A stretch of DNA of 54,313 nucleotides, from positions 26,236,733 through 26,291,045 of the forward strand of contig NC_068996.1 in NCBI RefSeq assembly GCF_001194135.2. Reading direction: 5' to 3'. Origin of the DNA: Octopus bimaculoides. Lineage: Eukaryota. Positions 36,972 to 49,954 of the stretch are shown here, piece by piece (within the stretch, counting starts at the first letter, position 1; the number at the start of each line of letters is the position of its first letter). A program made the position numbers and the translations under genes. The notes beneath the pieces were generated by a model. The model saw only the letters and a list, made by a program, of their open reading frames with translations. It did no database searches and had not been told where the DNA came from.

Positions 36972-37589
36972 GTGTGTATGTATTATGTATGTATGTGTGT
37001 GTGCGTGTATACATGTATGTACGTATGTATGTTTGTACAAACAAAGGTGCAGAAAAGACGTACTCCGAATAAATTAAAAGGTAGCGTAATCCAAGTGTAG
37101 AGTAAGAAATCCATGAATCAGGTACTCCAAATCCGTCGGAAGGATGTAGACAGTCCATGTGAGCATGTAGTAAATAGTCAATTCAAATAAACAAATAAGA
37201 AAACAAATAAAAACAAACATGAGGATGTGCACAAGAAATGTATTAGCTTGATGCTCAGCACTGAGCATTTTTATTTGTTTATTTGAATTGAATATGTATG
37301 TATGTATGTATGTATGCATGCATGCATGCATGTATGTATGTATGTATGATGTATGTATGTATGTATGATGTATGTATGTATGTATGTATGTATTATGTAT
37401 GTATGTATGTGTGTGTATGTGCATATGTGTATGTATGTATGTGTGTATGTATGTATGTATGTGTGTGTGTGTATGTACATATGTATGTATGTATGTATGC
37501 CCTTCTCTTATTCTTTTTATTTTAGAGTAAATTTTGAACAGTCACCTACTTGGTAGCAAAGTTGTAAAGCAAAGTATCTTGTTTCAACC

Positions 37590-37960
37590 ATTGTCCTTTA
37601 AATCTTAAGAAGGTCTTGCAGATTTTTATAATCCCAGACATCATGATAATTAGTAGCATATGAATTAAGATACCAAGATACCAAGTTCAGCCATACTTTG
37701 CACCAGAATGGTTGGTATGTATGCTGTTGCTCCTATAGGTACAAAGCTGAAAGTGTATCTTGGGTAGGGATTTGCAAACTCCTTATCAATGGTCCATAGA
37801 TGTCTCCCTTTCTTTTGTATTTTTCTGGCCGCATATATGTCCAGGGGGCAGCTGAATTGTACAACAGAATATGTCTTTACTTTGTAGTCCCAAACAATGA
37901 TATCTGGCTGGTTGTGTTTTAACTTGGTGGCTGTTTTAATTTTTAAGTTCCACCAGTATT
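37590..37960 (-). mobile_element. RLE-type LINE 3' fragment, divergent lineage
   Basis: YWWNLKIKTATKLKHNQPDIIVWD..FSCPLD..YGPLIRSLQI..KICKTFL on the minus strand, with frameshifts. Confidence 0.7.
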
Positions 37961-38994
37961 CTTTTGACTAGAGTACCACAAGCTGTCAATAATGATGGAG
38001 ATGAAAGTTAATAATTAGACAATGAGGAAGAAAAATAAAGGTGACAAAATAACAGGAAAAAAAAAAAAAATCATGTTCACCATACTATACAGGTATGATT
38101 CACTGCAGAAGTTCATGAAGAACAACATTTTTTATGTAAACATGAGGAGGCAGTAACACACCTTGGCCTTAGAGTGTAGTGTTCCTAACCCTAACCCAAA
38201 TTGGATCACTTCACAGCCAAGACTACAAATATTGCTGAAGACCACTTGCTAAAGTAGCATTGAAATTTCTTATGACTGTTGCGATGCTAGATGAATCATC
38301 TGAATTTATGAACATTAAAATATTATGAGACAATGAAGATAATAGAATTAAGTTCCAAATACAAAACAATAAACAAAACAGTTCCAGCAGGTAAGTGGAG
38401 ACCTTGTTTAGAAACTTAGAAAGATTATTAGTCTTAGTGAAAAACAAAAATCAAACCAATCTTAAGTGTCAGTGTGCTAGAGATACTTAGTGTGATGCTC
38501 AGCGAATTATCAAAATTTATGAAAATTAAAACCTTAATAAAGCATTAAGAAAGCATAATGAATTTCCAGATATAAAAGACAAATAGGACAACTAAATACA
38601 GATTGTTGCAATAAGAAAGTAGAAACACTGTTGGTTAATTTAGAAAACAAAATAATGGAAATACCTTAAATGGATTTCTGATTGATTATATATATATAGG
38701 TGCCATATATGTATGTGTATATATATATATATTCATATATATATGTATGAATGAAAAAAATATAAAAAGGGGTTTTATATGATCGTGTATAGAGGAATAT
38801 ATTATTTAAAAGAGTTCCAACTCTGTCTGTTTTCTATGTTTTATTTATATTCTTATAAAATTAATGTAGGATATAGAATATGGAATATATAATATAAATA
38901 AAATGAAATGAAGTATTGAATGTCTTATTGAATATATGAAATATTGAGTATTAAATATATAAGGACTAGTATATTTTCCTGCCTCATGGCAGTC

Positions 38995-39760
38995 ATCAAG
39001 GTCCCGTCTAACAGATATCATCATCATCATCATCGTTTAACATCTGCTTTCCATGCTGGCATGGGTTGGATGGTTTGACTGAGGACTGGTGACTGGTGAG
39101 CACTGGCTGCACCAGGCTCCAATCTGACCTGGCAGTGTTACTACAGCTGGATGCCCTTCCTAATGCCAACCACTCCAAGAGTGTAGTGGGTGCTTTTACG
39201 TGCCACTGGCACAAGGGCCAGTCAGGCAGTTGCAACAGCCATGCTTAAATGGTGTATTTTACGTGCCACCTGCGCAGGAGCCAGTACAGCGGCACTGGTA
39301 ATGACCTCGCTCGAATGTTGTTTTACATGTGCCACCAGCACAAGTGCCAGTAAGGCGACACTGGTAAAAATCATGCTTGAATGGTGCCTTTTATATGCCA
39401 CCGGCACGAGAGCCAGTCAGACATTACGAATCTCTCTCACACACTGTCATGCAAGACAAAATACCTCAAGTCTTTGGTCCTCATGGTGCAGAACATTGTC
39501 AAATTTTTTCTTATCTGCTTCCCCTCTGGCTAAATAAACCTGTCTCCTAGCTTCCTTTTGGCAGTCTTGTACCATTCCCTGCTACCACCGTTCTTCCAGT
39601 CCTTCCAAGCTTGTTTCTTTTCCCTAATGGCCCTGCCAACTACATTGTTCTACCACCACGTTAATTTGGGTCAGGAGGGGACTTTGCACCATCCACAGAT
39701 CTGGTCTGTGGGTCTCAGCAGGTTGGCCCGTAGAAACCTCCAGTTGTTTTCCACATCATG
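38995..39760 (-). mobile_element. RTE LINE, internally deleted (EN-RT linker joined to 3' UTR)
   Basis: TWW.NNVVGRAIREKKQAWKDWKNGGSRE at 39425-39760 abuts a 3' UTR homologous to 290-730. Confidence 0.78.
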
Positions 39761-39828
39761 TGATGTTATGTCCCCCTATATATATATATATATGTATAGT
39801 TATACACACACACACACACACATGTATA

Positions 39829-40671
39829 CAGGGGTTGGACAAAATAATGGAAACATCTAGCATCATAACATCATAATTTTCAAATATGTATAAAACCATC
39901 AAAGGCTTGTTTATTTTTATGCTTTTTGATTTATTATTAGTGTTGCTTATTATGTTTTGCTAAAATTGCTATTTCTTTTCAGATATCATCAGAAGAAGGT
40001 AATTAAATTTCATTAAAATGACAGATCTATCAGACTTTCAAAGCGGTCAAATTGTTGGTGTTCGTATATCAGGCACTAGCATAACGAAAACAGCCGAAAT
40101 ATTTGGTGTATCAAGAAGTACTGTCTAAAAAGTAATGACAGCCTTTGAGAAAGAGGGAAAAAACCTCTTTGTCAAAACAAAACTCTGGAAGAAAACCAAA
40201 ACTTTCAGATAGGGACTGTCAGATTCTTACATGAATTGTTAGAAAGGATCACAAAAGTGAAGCTCCCAAAATTACTGCAGAGCTTAATGGCAACCTCGAG
40301 AAGCCAGTTTCCACAAAAACTGTTCTTTGGGAGCTGCACAAAGCCAGATTTCACGGAAGGGCTGTAATCAGAAAACCACTACTTTTAAAGCGTTGCAAAG
40401 CATTTTGAGTGCAGTAAAATCCTACAGAATTGGTCCCTAGAGCAGTGGAAGAATGTTATTTTCTCAAACAAGTCATCCTTTACCTCATTTCCGACCACCA
40501 GCCAAGCATACGTGTGGAGACAGCCAAAAGAAGCATTTGACCCAGACTGCCTTCTTCCAACTGTTAAACATAGAATTCAAGCTGTAATTACTGCGAAAGG
40601 TGGTCCTACCCCATATTAAAATAAATTTGGTTGAAATTTTAAAATGTTTCCATTATTTTGTCCAACCCCTG
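39829..40671 (+). mobile_element. Tc1-family transposon, internally deleted
   Basis: Perfect 27-bp TIRs caggggttggacaaaataatggaaaca (39829-55, 40645-71), TA TSD; transposase 40018-40619 (MTDLSDFQ..KPLL..VIFS..TVKH joined to RIQAVITAKGGPTPY*). Confidence 0.93.
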
Positions 40672-41277
40672 TATATACGTGCATATTTTGCCTTCTATCT
40701 TGTACTTGTTTNNNNNNNNNNNNNNNNNNNNNNNNNNNNNNNNNNNNNNNNNNNNNNNNNNNNNACACACACATGATGAGCTTCATTCAGTTTCGATCTG
40801 TCAAATCCACTCACAAGGCTTTGGTTGAACCAAGGCTATATATAGTAGAAGACACTGGTGAAGGTGCCATGCACAGTGGGACTGAACCCAGAACCATGTG
40901 GTTGGGAAACAAACTTCTTACTATGCACCCATTCCTGCGCTTATATATAAATATTAAGAGAAGATGGATTGAATATGCTTTATTACATATCACTACAACT
41001 GTTTCAAAACATCACATTATCAGGAGAAATTTGGCTCTCGTGCGTGCACACACACACACACATGCATATTTGTACATGACAAGAGTCTTCACAATTTCTG
41101 CCTACAAAATTTGCTAACAAGACAGTTGTCCAAGGTACAGAACAGCAGAACTGAGATTTGAGAAGCAAATTTCTTAACCACACCTCTATACTTGTGACAG
41201 TAAAAATATGAAAATGAAAAAAAAAGAAAATCATTATCATTCTCCTTTTCATCATCCTTCACATAACCATTTACCTT

Positions 41278-42088
41278 TAACATTTTTGATACCTACCCAC
41301 TCAAGATCACCTGTGATTCCATGATCTAAATTTTCTGTTTTAAAGGAATATAAATTAAAATCTCATGTAATTTATGTCCTAAATACCAGCTTAACAATGC
41401 CAGCTATTTTATTAAATTTTTCGTTATGTTCAAAATCAATTGAAACAAAGGCAGTGCTTTTCAATAGGATATGTTAATAAAAGTGTTAATTTATGTACCA
41501 AACACCTACTAGTATAATAACAAAGGTATTATATTTTCGAAATTAATTCAAAGGCAGCGTATTTCAACAGAAATATGGTAACAAAAGGGTTAAAGTGATC
41601 TAAATAAAAACCTTACATTAAAACTCATGTTAATTTATGTTCTTATGTTCCTAACACCAGCTTCATAATCACAAAATTATTTTACTGAATTTTTCATTAT
41701 TTTCAAAATTAAATGTTGAATTTAAACCCTCAGTTGCTATATTTCTGCTGAAATGCACTACTTTTGTTTTAATTAGCTCAGAAAATAATGAAGAATTTAT
41801 CAAAATAATTTCTAGAATTTATCAAAATTATTAATTTGGTGCTTGGAACATAAATTAACTTGGAATGTTTTTGAAAGGTTTTAATTGAGATCACTTTTAC
41901 CCTTTTGTTACCATATTTCTGCTGAAATATATTGCCATTGTTTCAATTAATTATTAACATAATGAAGAATTTAGCAAATCTGGAATGTAAATAAGCATGA
42001 CATTGTGATGGAAGGTTTTAATTTAGATTGCTTTTTTGCATCAAAGATCCAAGAGTCATCTCAGGCATGTTGGTACCAGAAGGGTTAA
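41278..42088. mobile_element. Cluster of a second piggyBac-type MITE family, nested and inverted
   Basis: Repeated GGTAACAAAAGGG-TTAA ends; three plus-oriented pieces followed by two minus-oriented pieces. Confidence 0.75.
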
Positions 42089-42278
42089 AGTTTGAAATAT
42101 ATTTTGGTTACTAGATTCATAAACCCAAACTAGACATATTATTCTTGTATTTTTCTTTTTGTATCATATTAATGTCTAGAGTACAGCTGACTTCCATCAT
42201 AAAACATGTCTCTATTTGGTAGTAACAAACAATACCATCAGTCATTTGTGTTTTAATGTTGTTGCTGTATATACTTCA

Positions 42279-42317
<39 letters not shown>

Positions 42318-42421
42318 GATATATATGCATATATATATGTATGTATGTATATATATATATATATATACACAAATATATATACATATATATATACATACAC
42401 ACATGTATATACACACACAAG

Positions 42422-42531
<110 letters not shown>

Positions 42532-42843
42532 TTACATTCCACCAATATCAGTTTAATCTCATCAATCCATCTCAATCTTTATTGAATGTTTTTTCACCTT
42601 TTTCTTATTTTAATCCAGGTTGCTATGGTTACAACTTTATCACTCTTGGTAATGATGATGATAATGTCTTTAGCGTTTTTGGGGGGTGTTTCGTATGGTT
42701 TACACTTGTTCTCAGCTCTTTTTTTTCATTTTTTTTAGTTTTATATTTTTCTTTTGTACAAGAGATACTGAATGCCAAGATACCTTCCTCTTCCTCCCCC
42801 ACCCCACAAATATATGTGTGTGAGTATGAATATAGATATATAT

Positions 42844-42874
<31 letters not shown>

Positions 42875-42875
<1 letters not shown>

Positions 42876-44135
42876 CAGGCTGAGTAAAAAGTAAGCATCA
42901 TTTTGAAACATGAAACTCATCATAATATATTTCAACACTGCGGAAATTTTATTCATCAAAGTAAGTACCATTACAATCAACACATTTTAGACAACGAGTT
43001 ACAAGTTTGTTTATTCTGGTAACATAAAAATCTGGAGTTCTGGCGCTGATGAACTCTTTAAATGCACTTTCAGCATTGGTTTGATTTTTTAATTCCTTCT
43101 CTCACAGGAAACCATCAAGGTGCTTGAAAAAGTGGTAGTCAGTAGGAGAAAGATCTGGGGAATAAGCTGGGTGGAGAAGAACTTTGTAGCCAAGTTCCTT
43201 CAACTTCTGGAGCGTCATTAGTGAAACATGTGGTCGAGTATTGTCATGAAGAGTATTGTCATGAAGAGTATTGTCATTGGCCCTCTTTTGTTGACCAGTC
43301 TGAAATGGAGGAGTAGCAGTTTTTCATTCATTTTGGCAATTTCATGGCAATATGTTTCTGTAGTAATGGTTTTAAGAAGATATAGTGGATGAGTCCAGCA
43401 GTACACCACCAAACAGTTACCATCACCTTCTTTTTGAAGAGCTCGGGTTTAGGAAAAGTTTTCAGTGCTTCATTTTGGTCCAACCACTGCGAAGAAAGTA
43501 TTTTCTTATTATTGTACAGAATCCACTTTTCATTGCAAGTTACAATACGGCTGAGAAATGGTTACAGAGAAGAAGTGACAAACAAATTTCATATCTGTTC
43601 ATGTTCTGATTTTCATTCAAATCATGTGGTGCCCATTTGTTAAGCCTTTTTGATTTTCCAATCACATGCAAATGGTTGCATGCAGTTTTCGAGTAGTTTT
43701 ACATGGATTTTTCTCAATGATAGTCTTTAATTGATCCTCATCGATGACAGATGGGTGTCCACTACACTCACAATCTTCAAGGCTCAGGTCTCCATTGCGA
43801 AATCGTTTAAACCATTTTTGAGCTGACCACTCACTGGTCATTTCTGCCCCAAATGTTTCATTAATATCACAAGCAGTTTCAGCTGCTTTATGTCCTGTTT
43901 TGAAGTTGAATAGCAAAGTTGCTTGAATATCATGCATTGACAGTTCCGTTTCAGATGATTATAACAACGGTGAAAAAAATCAACATTAATTTATTGATAC
44001 ATTTGGACAAGTCTATGTCTGTATTATCAGACAATTGCAAAAAAAAAAATGTTTAAGAGAAATTCAAAACTCTGCAAAAGTCTGGTTCAAATTCTTTATG
44101 GTTCAAAATGTTGCTTACTTTTTTACTCAGCCTAA
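42875..44135 (-). mobile_element. Full-length decayed mariner transposon
   Basis: 33-34-bp TIRs (tcaggctgagtaaaaagtaagc..), TA flanks; minus-strand WFKRFRNGDLSLED, IVTCNEKWILYNN, KKVMVTVWW, HDNTRPH, HPAYSPDL motifs with stops. Confidence 0.93.
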
Positions 44136-44295
44136 TATATATATAGCTGTGTGGTAAGAAGCTTGCTTCCCAACCACATAATCTTGGGTTCAGTTCCATT
44201 GCATGGCACCTAAGGCAATTATCTTCTCTTGGAACCTCAGGCTGACCAATGACTTGTGAGTGGATTTGGTAGACAGAAACTGAAAGAAGCCCATC

Positions 44296-44341
<46 letters not shown>

Positions 44342-44379
44342 TATCTCATAAGAGATACAGATCAAAGAAGAACCTAAAA

Positions 44380-45760
44380 AAATAATAATAATAGCATTAC
44401 CAATAAGGAAAGCACTACTGGCATCAGCAATTTAAGTGATTTAAATGAGGAAGATCAGAAGATTTTAGATGAGTTGCAGGAAGTAATGAGTAAAGAAGGA
44501 AGAAAAAGACTACCAGCATTAAAAGACATCAACAGAAGGAAGCTACAAAAAATGACTTGGAAAGTAGATTCTACTTTCAGTAGAATAGATACTAAAATAC
44601 AAGAGACACTAACTTATTGATCTCTAAAGGAGGGGTAGTAGTTACTAGAAGATTAAATATTCCACAAGGAAAGAATAGAAAAGAGTAAATGTTGAAAAGG
44701 AGACTACAAAATAAAGTGAAAACTTTAAGACAAGATCTGAGTAGAATAGAAACCTGAAAACTGAACAAGTTAGGAAACACAAGATGCAAATCTTCCCTTG
44801 AGAAAAGATACTTAGTTAAAGAGAAAGGGTTTGAGATAGTAATATGAGAGTTGAAACAGCGTATCATAGCAGTTTCTGATATCTGGAGAGTAGCTATATA
44901 CTCCTGTGTAGGTAATAGCGAAAAAAGTTTACTAAAATCTGCTAGAGTCACAGCAAGACATAGGGAAAGCAAAAACCCAAATGAAGTTAAAAACCAGAAA
45001 AAAGAACAGAAGTTATCTGACTGGCAAGAGAAGGTATTGCATGGTAGATTCCCAAAGATAGTTGCAGCAAATAATAGTAGTGAGACATGGTTATGGTTGC
45101 AGAAAGGAGAGCTGAAAATGGAAAGAGAAAGTTTGTTAGGAGCTGCATTCGATCAAGCATTCTGGACTAATTGGATAAAAGCCAAGATAGACAATAACTA
45201 AGTAGATTCCCAATGTAGGTTATGCAAATCAAAAGAGGAAAGCATTACTCCTATAGTAAGTGAATGTTGCATGCTGGCACAGAAAGAATACAAGAAAAGA
45301 CATGACAATCCAGGGAGAGTAAACCACTGGGAATTATGTAGAAAATTTGGATTTGAACATACTGATAAATGGTAGAACATGAACCTAGTAAAGTACTAGA
45401 AAGTAAGAGATACAAAATGTTGTGGGACTTTAAATTCAGACTGACAAAGTAATAGAAGCTAGAAGGCCTGATTTGGAAGTAGTCAATAAAGAGAATAGAA
45501 AGTATCAGATAATTAACTTTACAGTTCCAAATGATGAAAAAATCAATATGAGAGGTATGGAAAAAATAGCCAAATACCAGGACTTAGCCATTGAATTACA
45601 GAGACTATGGAAAGTGCAGGTAAAATATATCCCAGTAGTTATAGGTGCATTGAGAACAATCCCTAAGGGTCTGAACAGATGGATAGAGGAAATAGGCATA
45701 GAACCCAGTTTAGTACAGCTCCAGAAAACAGTGTTATTAGGGACAGCTAGGATATTCTCT
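44380..45760 (+). mobile_element. R4/Dong LINE lacking the RT domain
   Basis: N-terminal LPALKDINRRKL..KRRLQ..LKQRIIA fused near 44870 to C-terminal LHGRF..CRLC..HWELCRKFG..RPDL..KYQDLAIELQRLWK..LQKTVLLGTARI. Confidence 0.85.
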
Positions 45761-46010
45761 CATTCTGCTGCCAGTTGTGGTAGACATCTGCCAAGAGATC
45801 ACTGAACAAGCCTGGCATATGAAAATAGATCTTTAAGGGCAGACCATCCAGCCCTGGAGACCTCTCTCTTGTGCAACCCACCGTCACATCCTGTATGCCT
45901 TCGGCTGTTATTGGCATTTCACAGAACTCTGAATCCCTGGTCAAAAGGTACAGCATAGTGTCGAGGCTGGAGGTAAGATCCACCTCCATCCTCAACATAC
46001 CACGTGCCCC
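45761..46010 (-). mobile_element. Tx1/L1-clade LINE RT fragment
   Basis: CEMPITAEGI..RSPGLDGLP..Y..F.DLLADVYHNWQQNERI. Confidence 0.75.
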
Positions 46011-46069
46011 AAACAGTTTGGTAAAGTGCCACTGAATGATAATAATAAAAATAAAACTACTGAATAATG

Positions 46070-46120
<51 letters not shown>

Positions 46121-46359
46121 GGTAACTCGAATGTGGAATCTAAAAACAGAAACAATTCCTATCATAGTAGGTGCCTTAGGTATAATAAAAAAATATTCAG
46201 ACAAATACATAACAAAAACACCAGGACTTACAAATATATATAACATACAGAAAATTGCACTACTGGGCACTGCACACATCCTACGCAAAACACTTTCAAT
46301 ACAGTAACCATAAGAGCATCACAGCAAACCACAGCACATACCCAAGGCACACAGAGCTG
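46121..46359 (+). mobile_element. R4/Dong 3' terminus, young subfamily
   Basis: VTRMWNLKTETIPIIVGALG..IQKIALLGTAHILRKTLSIQ*; starts immediately after (AAT)n. Confidence 0.9.
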
Positions 46360-47204
46360 NNNNNNNNNNNNNNNNNNNNNNNNNNNNNNNNNNNNNNNNN
46401 NNNNNNNNNNNNNNNNNNNNNNNNNNNNNNNNNNNNNNNNNNNNNNNNNNNNNNNNNNNNNNNNNNNNNNNNNNNNNNNNNNNNNNNNNNNNNNNNNNNN
46501 NNNNNNNNNNNNNNNNNNNNNNNNNNNNNNNNNNNNNNNNNNNNNNNNNNNNNNNNNNNNNNNNNNNNNNNNNNNNNNNNNNNNNNNNNNNNNNNNNNNN
46601 NNNNNNNNNNNNNNNNNNNNNNNNNNNNNNNNNNNNNNNNNNNNNNNNNNNNNNNNNNNNNNNNNNNNNNNNNNNNNNNNNNNNNNNNNNNNNNNNNNNN
46701 NNNNNNNNNNNNNNNNNNNNNNNNNNNNNNNNNNNNNNNNNNNNNNNNNNNNNNNNNNNNNNNNNNNNNNNNNNNNNNNNNNNNNNNNNNNNNNNNNNNN
46801 NNNNNNNNNNNNNNNNNNNNNNNNNNNNNNNNNNNNNNNNNNNNNNNNNNNNNNNNNNNNNNNNNNNNNNNNNNNNNNNNNNNNNNNNNNNNNNNNNNNN
46901 NNNNNNNNNNNNNNNNNNNNNNNNNNNNNNNNNNNNNNNNNNNNNNNNNNNNNNNNNNNNNNNNNNNNNNNNNNNNNNNNNNNNNNNNNNNNNNNNNNNN
47001 NNNNNNNNNNNNNNNNNNNNNNNNNNNNNNNNNNNNNNNNNNNNNNNNNNNNNNNNNNNNNNNNNNNNNNNNNNNNNNNNNNNNNNNNNNNNNNNNNNNN
47101 NNNNNNNNNNNNNNNNNNNNNNNNNNNNNNNNNNNNNNNNNNNNNNNNNNNNNNNNNNNNNNNNNNNNNNNNNNNNNNNNNNNNNNNNNNNNNNNNNNNN
47201 NNNG

Positions 47205-47302
47205 TTGATCTTGGTAGAATTTGAACTTAGAACCTAGCAACAGACAAAATACTGACAAGCATTTCACTCGGCATGCTAACGATTCTGCTTAATAATAATA
47301 TA

Positions 47303-47341
<39 letters not shown>

Positions 47342-48380
47342 TTCAATAATAGTTTCAAATTTTGGCACAAGGCCAGCAAGTTTGAAGGTATGGGTAAGTT
47401 GATTACATCAACTCCAGTGCTCAACTGCTTCTTTTGTTTCCTGAAAGGATGGAAAGCAAAGTCCACTGATGTTAAGCATTTTGCTCAGTGTGCTAGCTTG
47501 CTGCCTCTATAATAATTTTAATAATAATCCTTTCTGCTATAGGCACAAGGCCTGAAATTTTGCAGGACGGGGAGTGAGGCAGTCGATTAGATTGACCCCA
47601 GTATCCAACTGGTACTTAATTTGTCGACCCTCAAATGATTGAAAAGCAAAAAGCAGCTTTGGTAGAATTTCAACTCAGAACGTAATGGCAGACAAAATGC
47701 CGCCAAGTATTTCACCCAGCATGCTAATGATTCTGTCTGCTTGTTGCCTTAATAATTTTAATAATAATAACAATAATAATTCTTTCTAATTTTGGCATAA
47801 AGACACCAATTTTGAAGGAAGGAGAAAGTCGATTACATCAATACCAGTGCTCAGCTGGTGCTTATTTTATTAATCCCAAAAGGATCAAAAAGCTAAGTTG
47901 ACCTTGGTGGCTTTTGAACTCAATGTAAAAAACTGGAAGAAATGCTACAAAGCATTTTGTCTGGCATGGTAATGATTCTGCCAGCTCTTCACATTGATAA
48001 TAAAATTATTCATTAACTTATTGTACTAAGACTTATTGTACTCATGTGCACTAAGACTCGTCNNNNNNNNNNGGCAGAATTTTAAATTTGAATGCAAATA
48101 TGGACAAAATGCCACAATGCATTATGTCTGGCATGCTAACAACTCTGCTCACATTTCTGCCATAAATAACTATGTTTTCAAATTTTGGCTCAAGGTCAGT
48201 AATTTTAGGAGTAGGATATAGTCGATTACATCAAACCCAGTATTTGACTGGTACTTTGATTTATTACCCAGAAAGGATGAAATGCAAAATTCCCCTCAGC
48301 AGGATTTGAAATCAGAACATGAAAAGAGCAAAAGTGTTTCTAAGCATTATGTCTGATACACTAATGATTCTGCCAGCTCT
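47205..48380 (-). mobile_element. Head-to-tail array of about five to six SINE B copies
   Basis: Units at about 47205-47290, 47350-47510, 47530-47750, 47780-47990 and 48075-48380, mostly separated by AAT-rich tracts. Confidence 0.8.
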
Positions 48381-49199
48381 TCACATTGATAATAAAATTA
48401 TTCATTAACTTATTGTACTAAGACTTATTGTACTCATGTGCACTAAGACTCGTCAGATAAGGTTAAAAGAAGGTACAGAAAACAAGACAAAATAAGTCAC
48501 ATTCTCGTGTCTTTTATACTTGCAAGTTAAAATTTTCCATGGTTTTACTTCTATGCATGCAAGTTAGAACTCGCCAAATTTCCTCCAATGTCTGCAGAAT
48601 ATTGGGAGGCAAAAACTAATTATTTTTTGATATGATTAATATTCCACTCATGCAGTTACAGATCATCTAAAAAAAAAAAAAAAAGTACCTACATTCAGAA
48701 TACCCATTTCTGTTAAATACCAATTTCTTTTTTGCAAGTACATATCATAATAGATTTAACGAGAGAATGAAGAGCAAAACTGACAAGCTATCACCATGCA
48801 GGATACCTTTTTGGTAATGTGTATATAACACTGGATTCACATTATTCTGTTCTCACTTTTCAGACAGTGTCATTTATCATGTCTTCATTCTTTGATGAAT
48901 AGCATTTAATAGAGTTTGTGAGACTTCAGCTAATTGTAAATCTTTGATACTATTAGAAGTCATCTGATTATCTAGTCACACACAACAGCCACATTTCTGC
49001 TCTTTTTTACTAGTTGTTTTCTTAAATCTGTTCTCTCTGCCTATTACACACACACACACACACACACACTTATTATATACACACACATGTACATGTGCAA
49101 TAATTATATATATATATATATATATATATTTGAGTGTGTCTGTGTGTGCATATATTATATATATATTTGAGTATGTGTGTGTATGTCTGCATCTATGTG

Positions 49200-49233
<34 letters not shown>

Positions 49234-49272
49234 ATACAACAGTTCACATCCCATTAAACTTACCATCCACTG

Positions 49273-49680
49273 TTACTCTTTACTCTTTACTCTTTTACTT
49301 GTTTCAGTCATTTGACTGTGGCCATGCTGGAGCACCGCCTTTAGTCAAGCAAATAGGACTTATTCTTTGTAAGCCTAGTACTTATTCTATCGGTCTCTTT
49401 TGCCGAACCGCTAAGTTACGGGGACGTAAACACACCAGCATCGGTTGTCAAGCGATGTTGCGAGGGACAAACACAGACACACAAACACACATATATATAT
49501 ATACATATACATATATACGACGGGCTTCTTTCAGTTTCCATCTACCAAATCCACTCACAAGGCTTTGATCGGCCCAAGACTATAGTAGAAGACACTTGCT
49601 CAAGGTGCCAAGCAGTGGGACTGAACCCGGAACCATGTGATTGGTAAGCGAGCTACTTACCACACAGCCACTCCTGCGCC
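49273..49680 (-). mobile_element. SINE family A, full-length reference copy
   Basis: Head ggcgcaggagtggctgtgtgg (A box), ggttcagtcc (B box), internal (TA)/(TG)n, tail (AAAGAGT)n. Confidence 0.92.
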
Positions 49681-49954
49681 TAGGTAACAATTTCCTTTGC
49701 TACTAGGGATTCATACCATTGGTCTGGTAGTTTGCCTGTTCAATCATCAGTTAAATCAACATTACATCTAATCAGTCTCTTTGTCTGTCTTTCTCGAACT
49801 CCTGATCTAGGTATTACATCATAGGGTGAGATATATTTACCATAAGCAGACTGAGTGCATGAGGAAGACATTATGTGGTTACATGACTTGCTAGAAATAG
49901 CAGCCAAGAGAAAAAGAGTAAGTATAAACTCCATATATAATATATATAAACTCC

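Noticed and set aside
47972-48453. Identical ~90-bp blocks at 47972-48062 and 48363-48453
   Set aside because: The first copy ends at a 10-N gap and identity is perfect; probably an assembly artefact.
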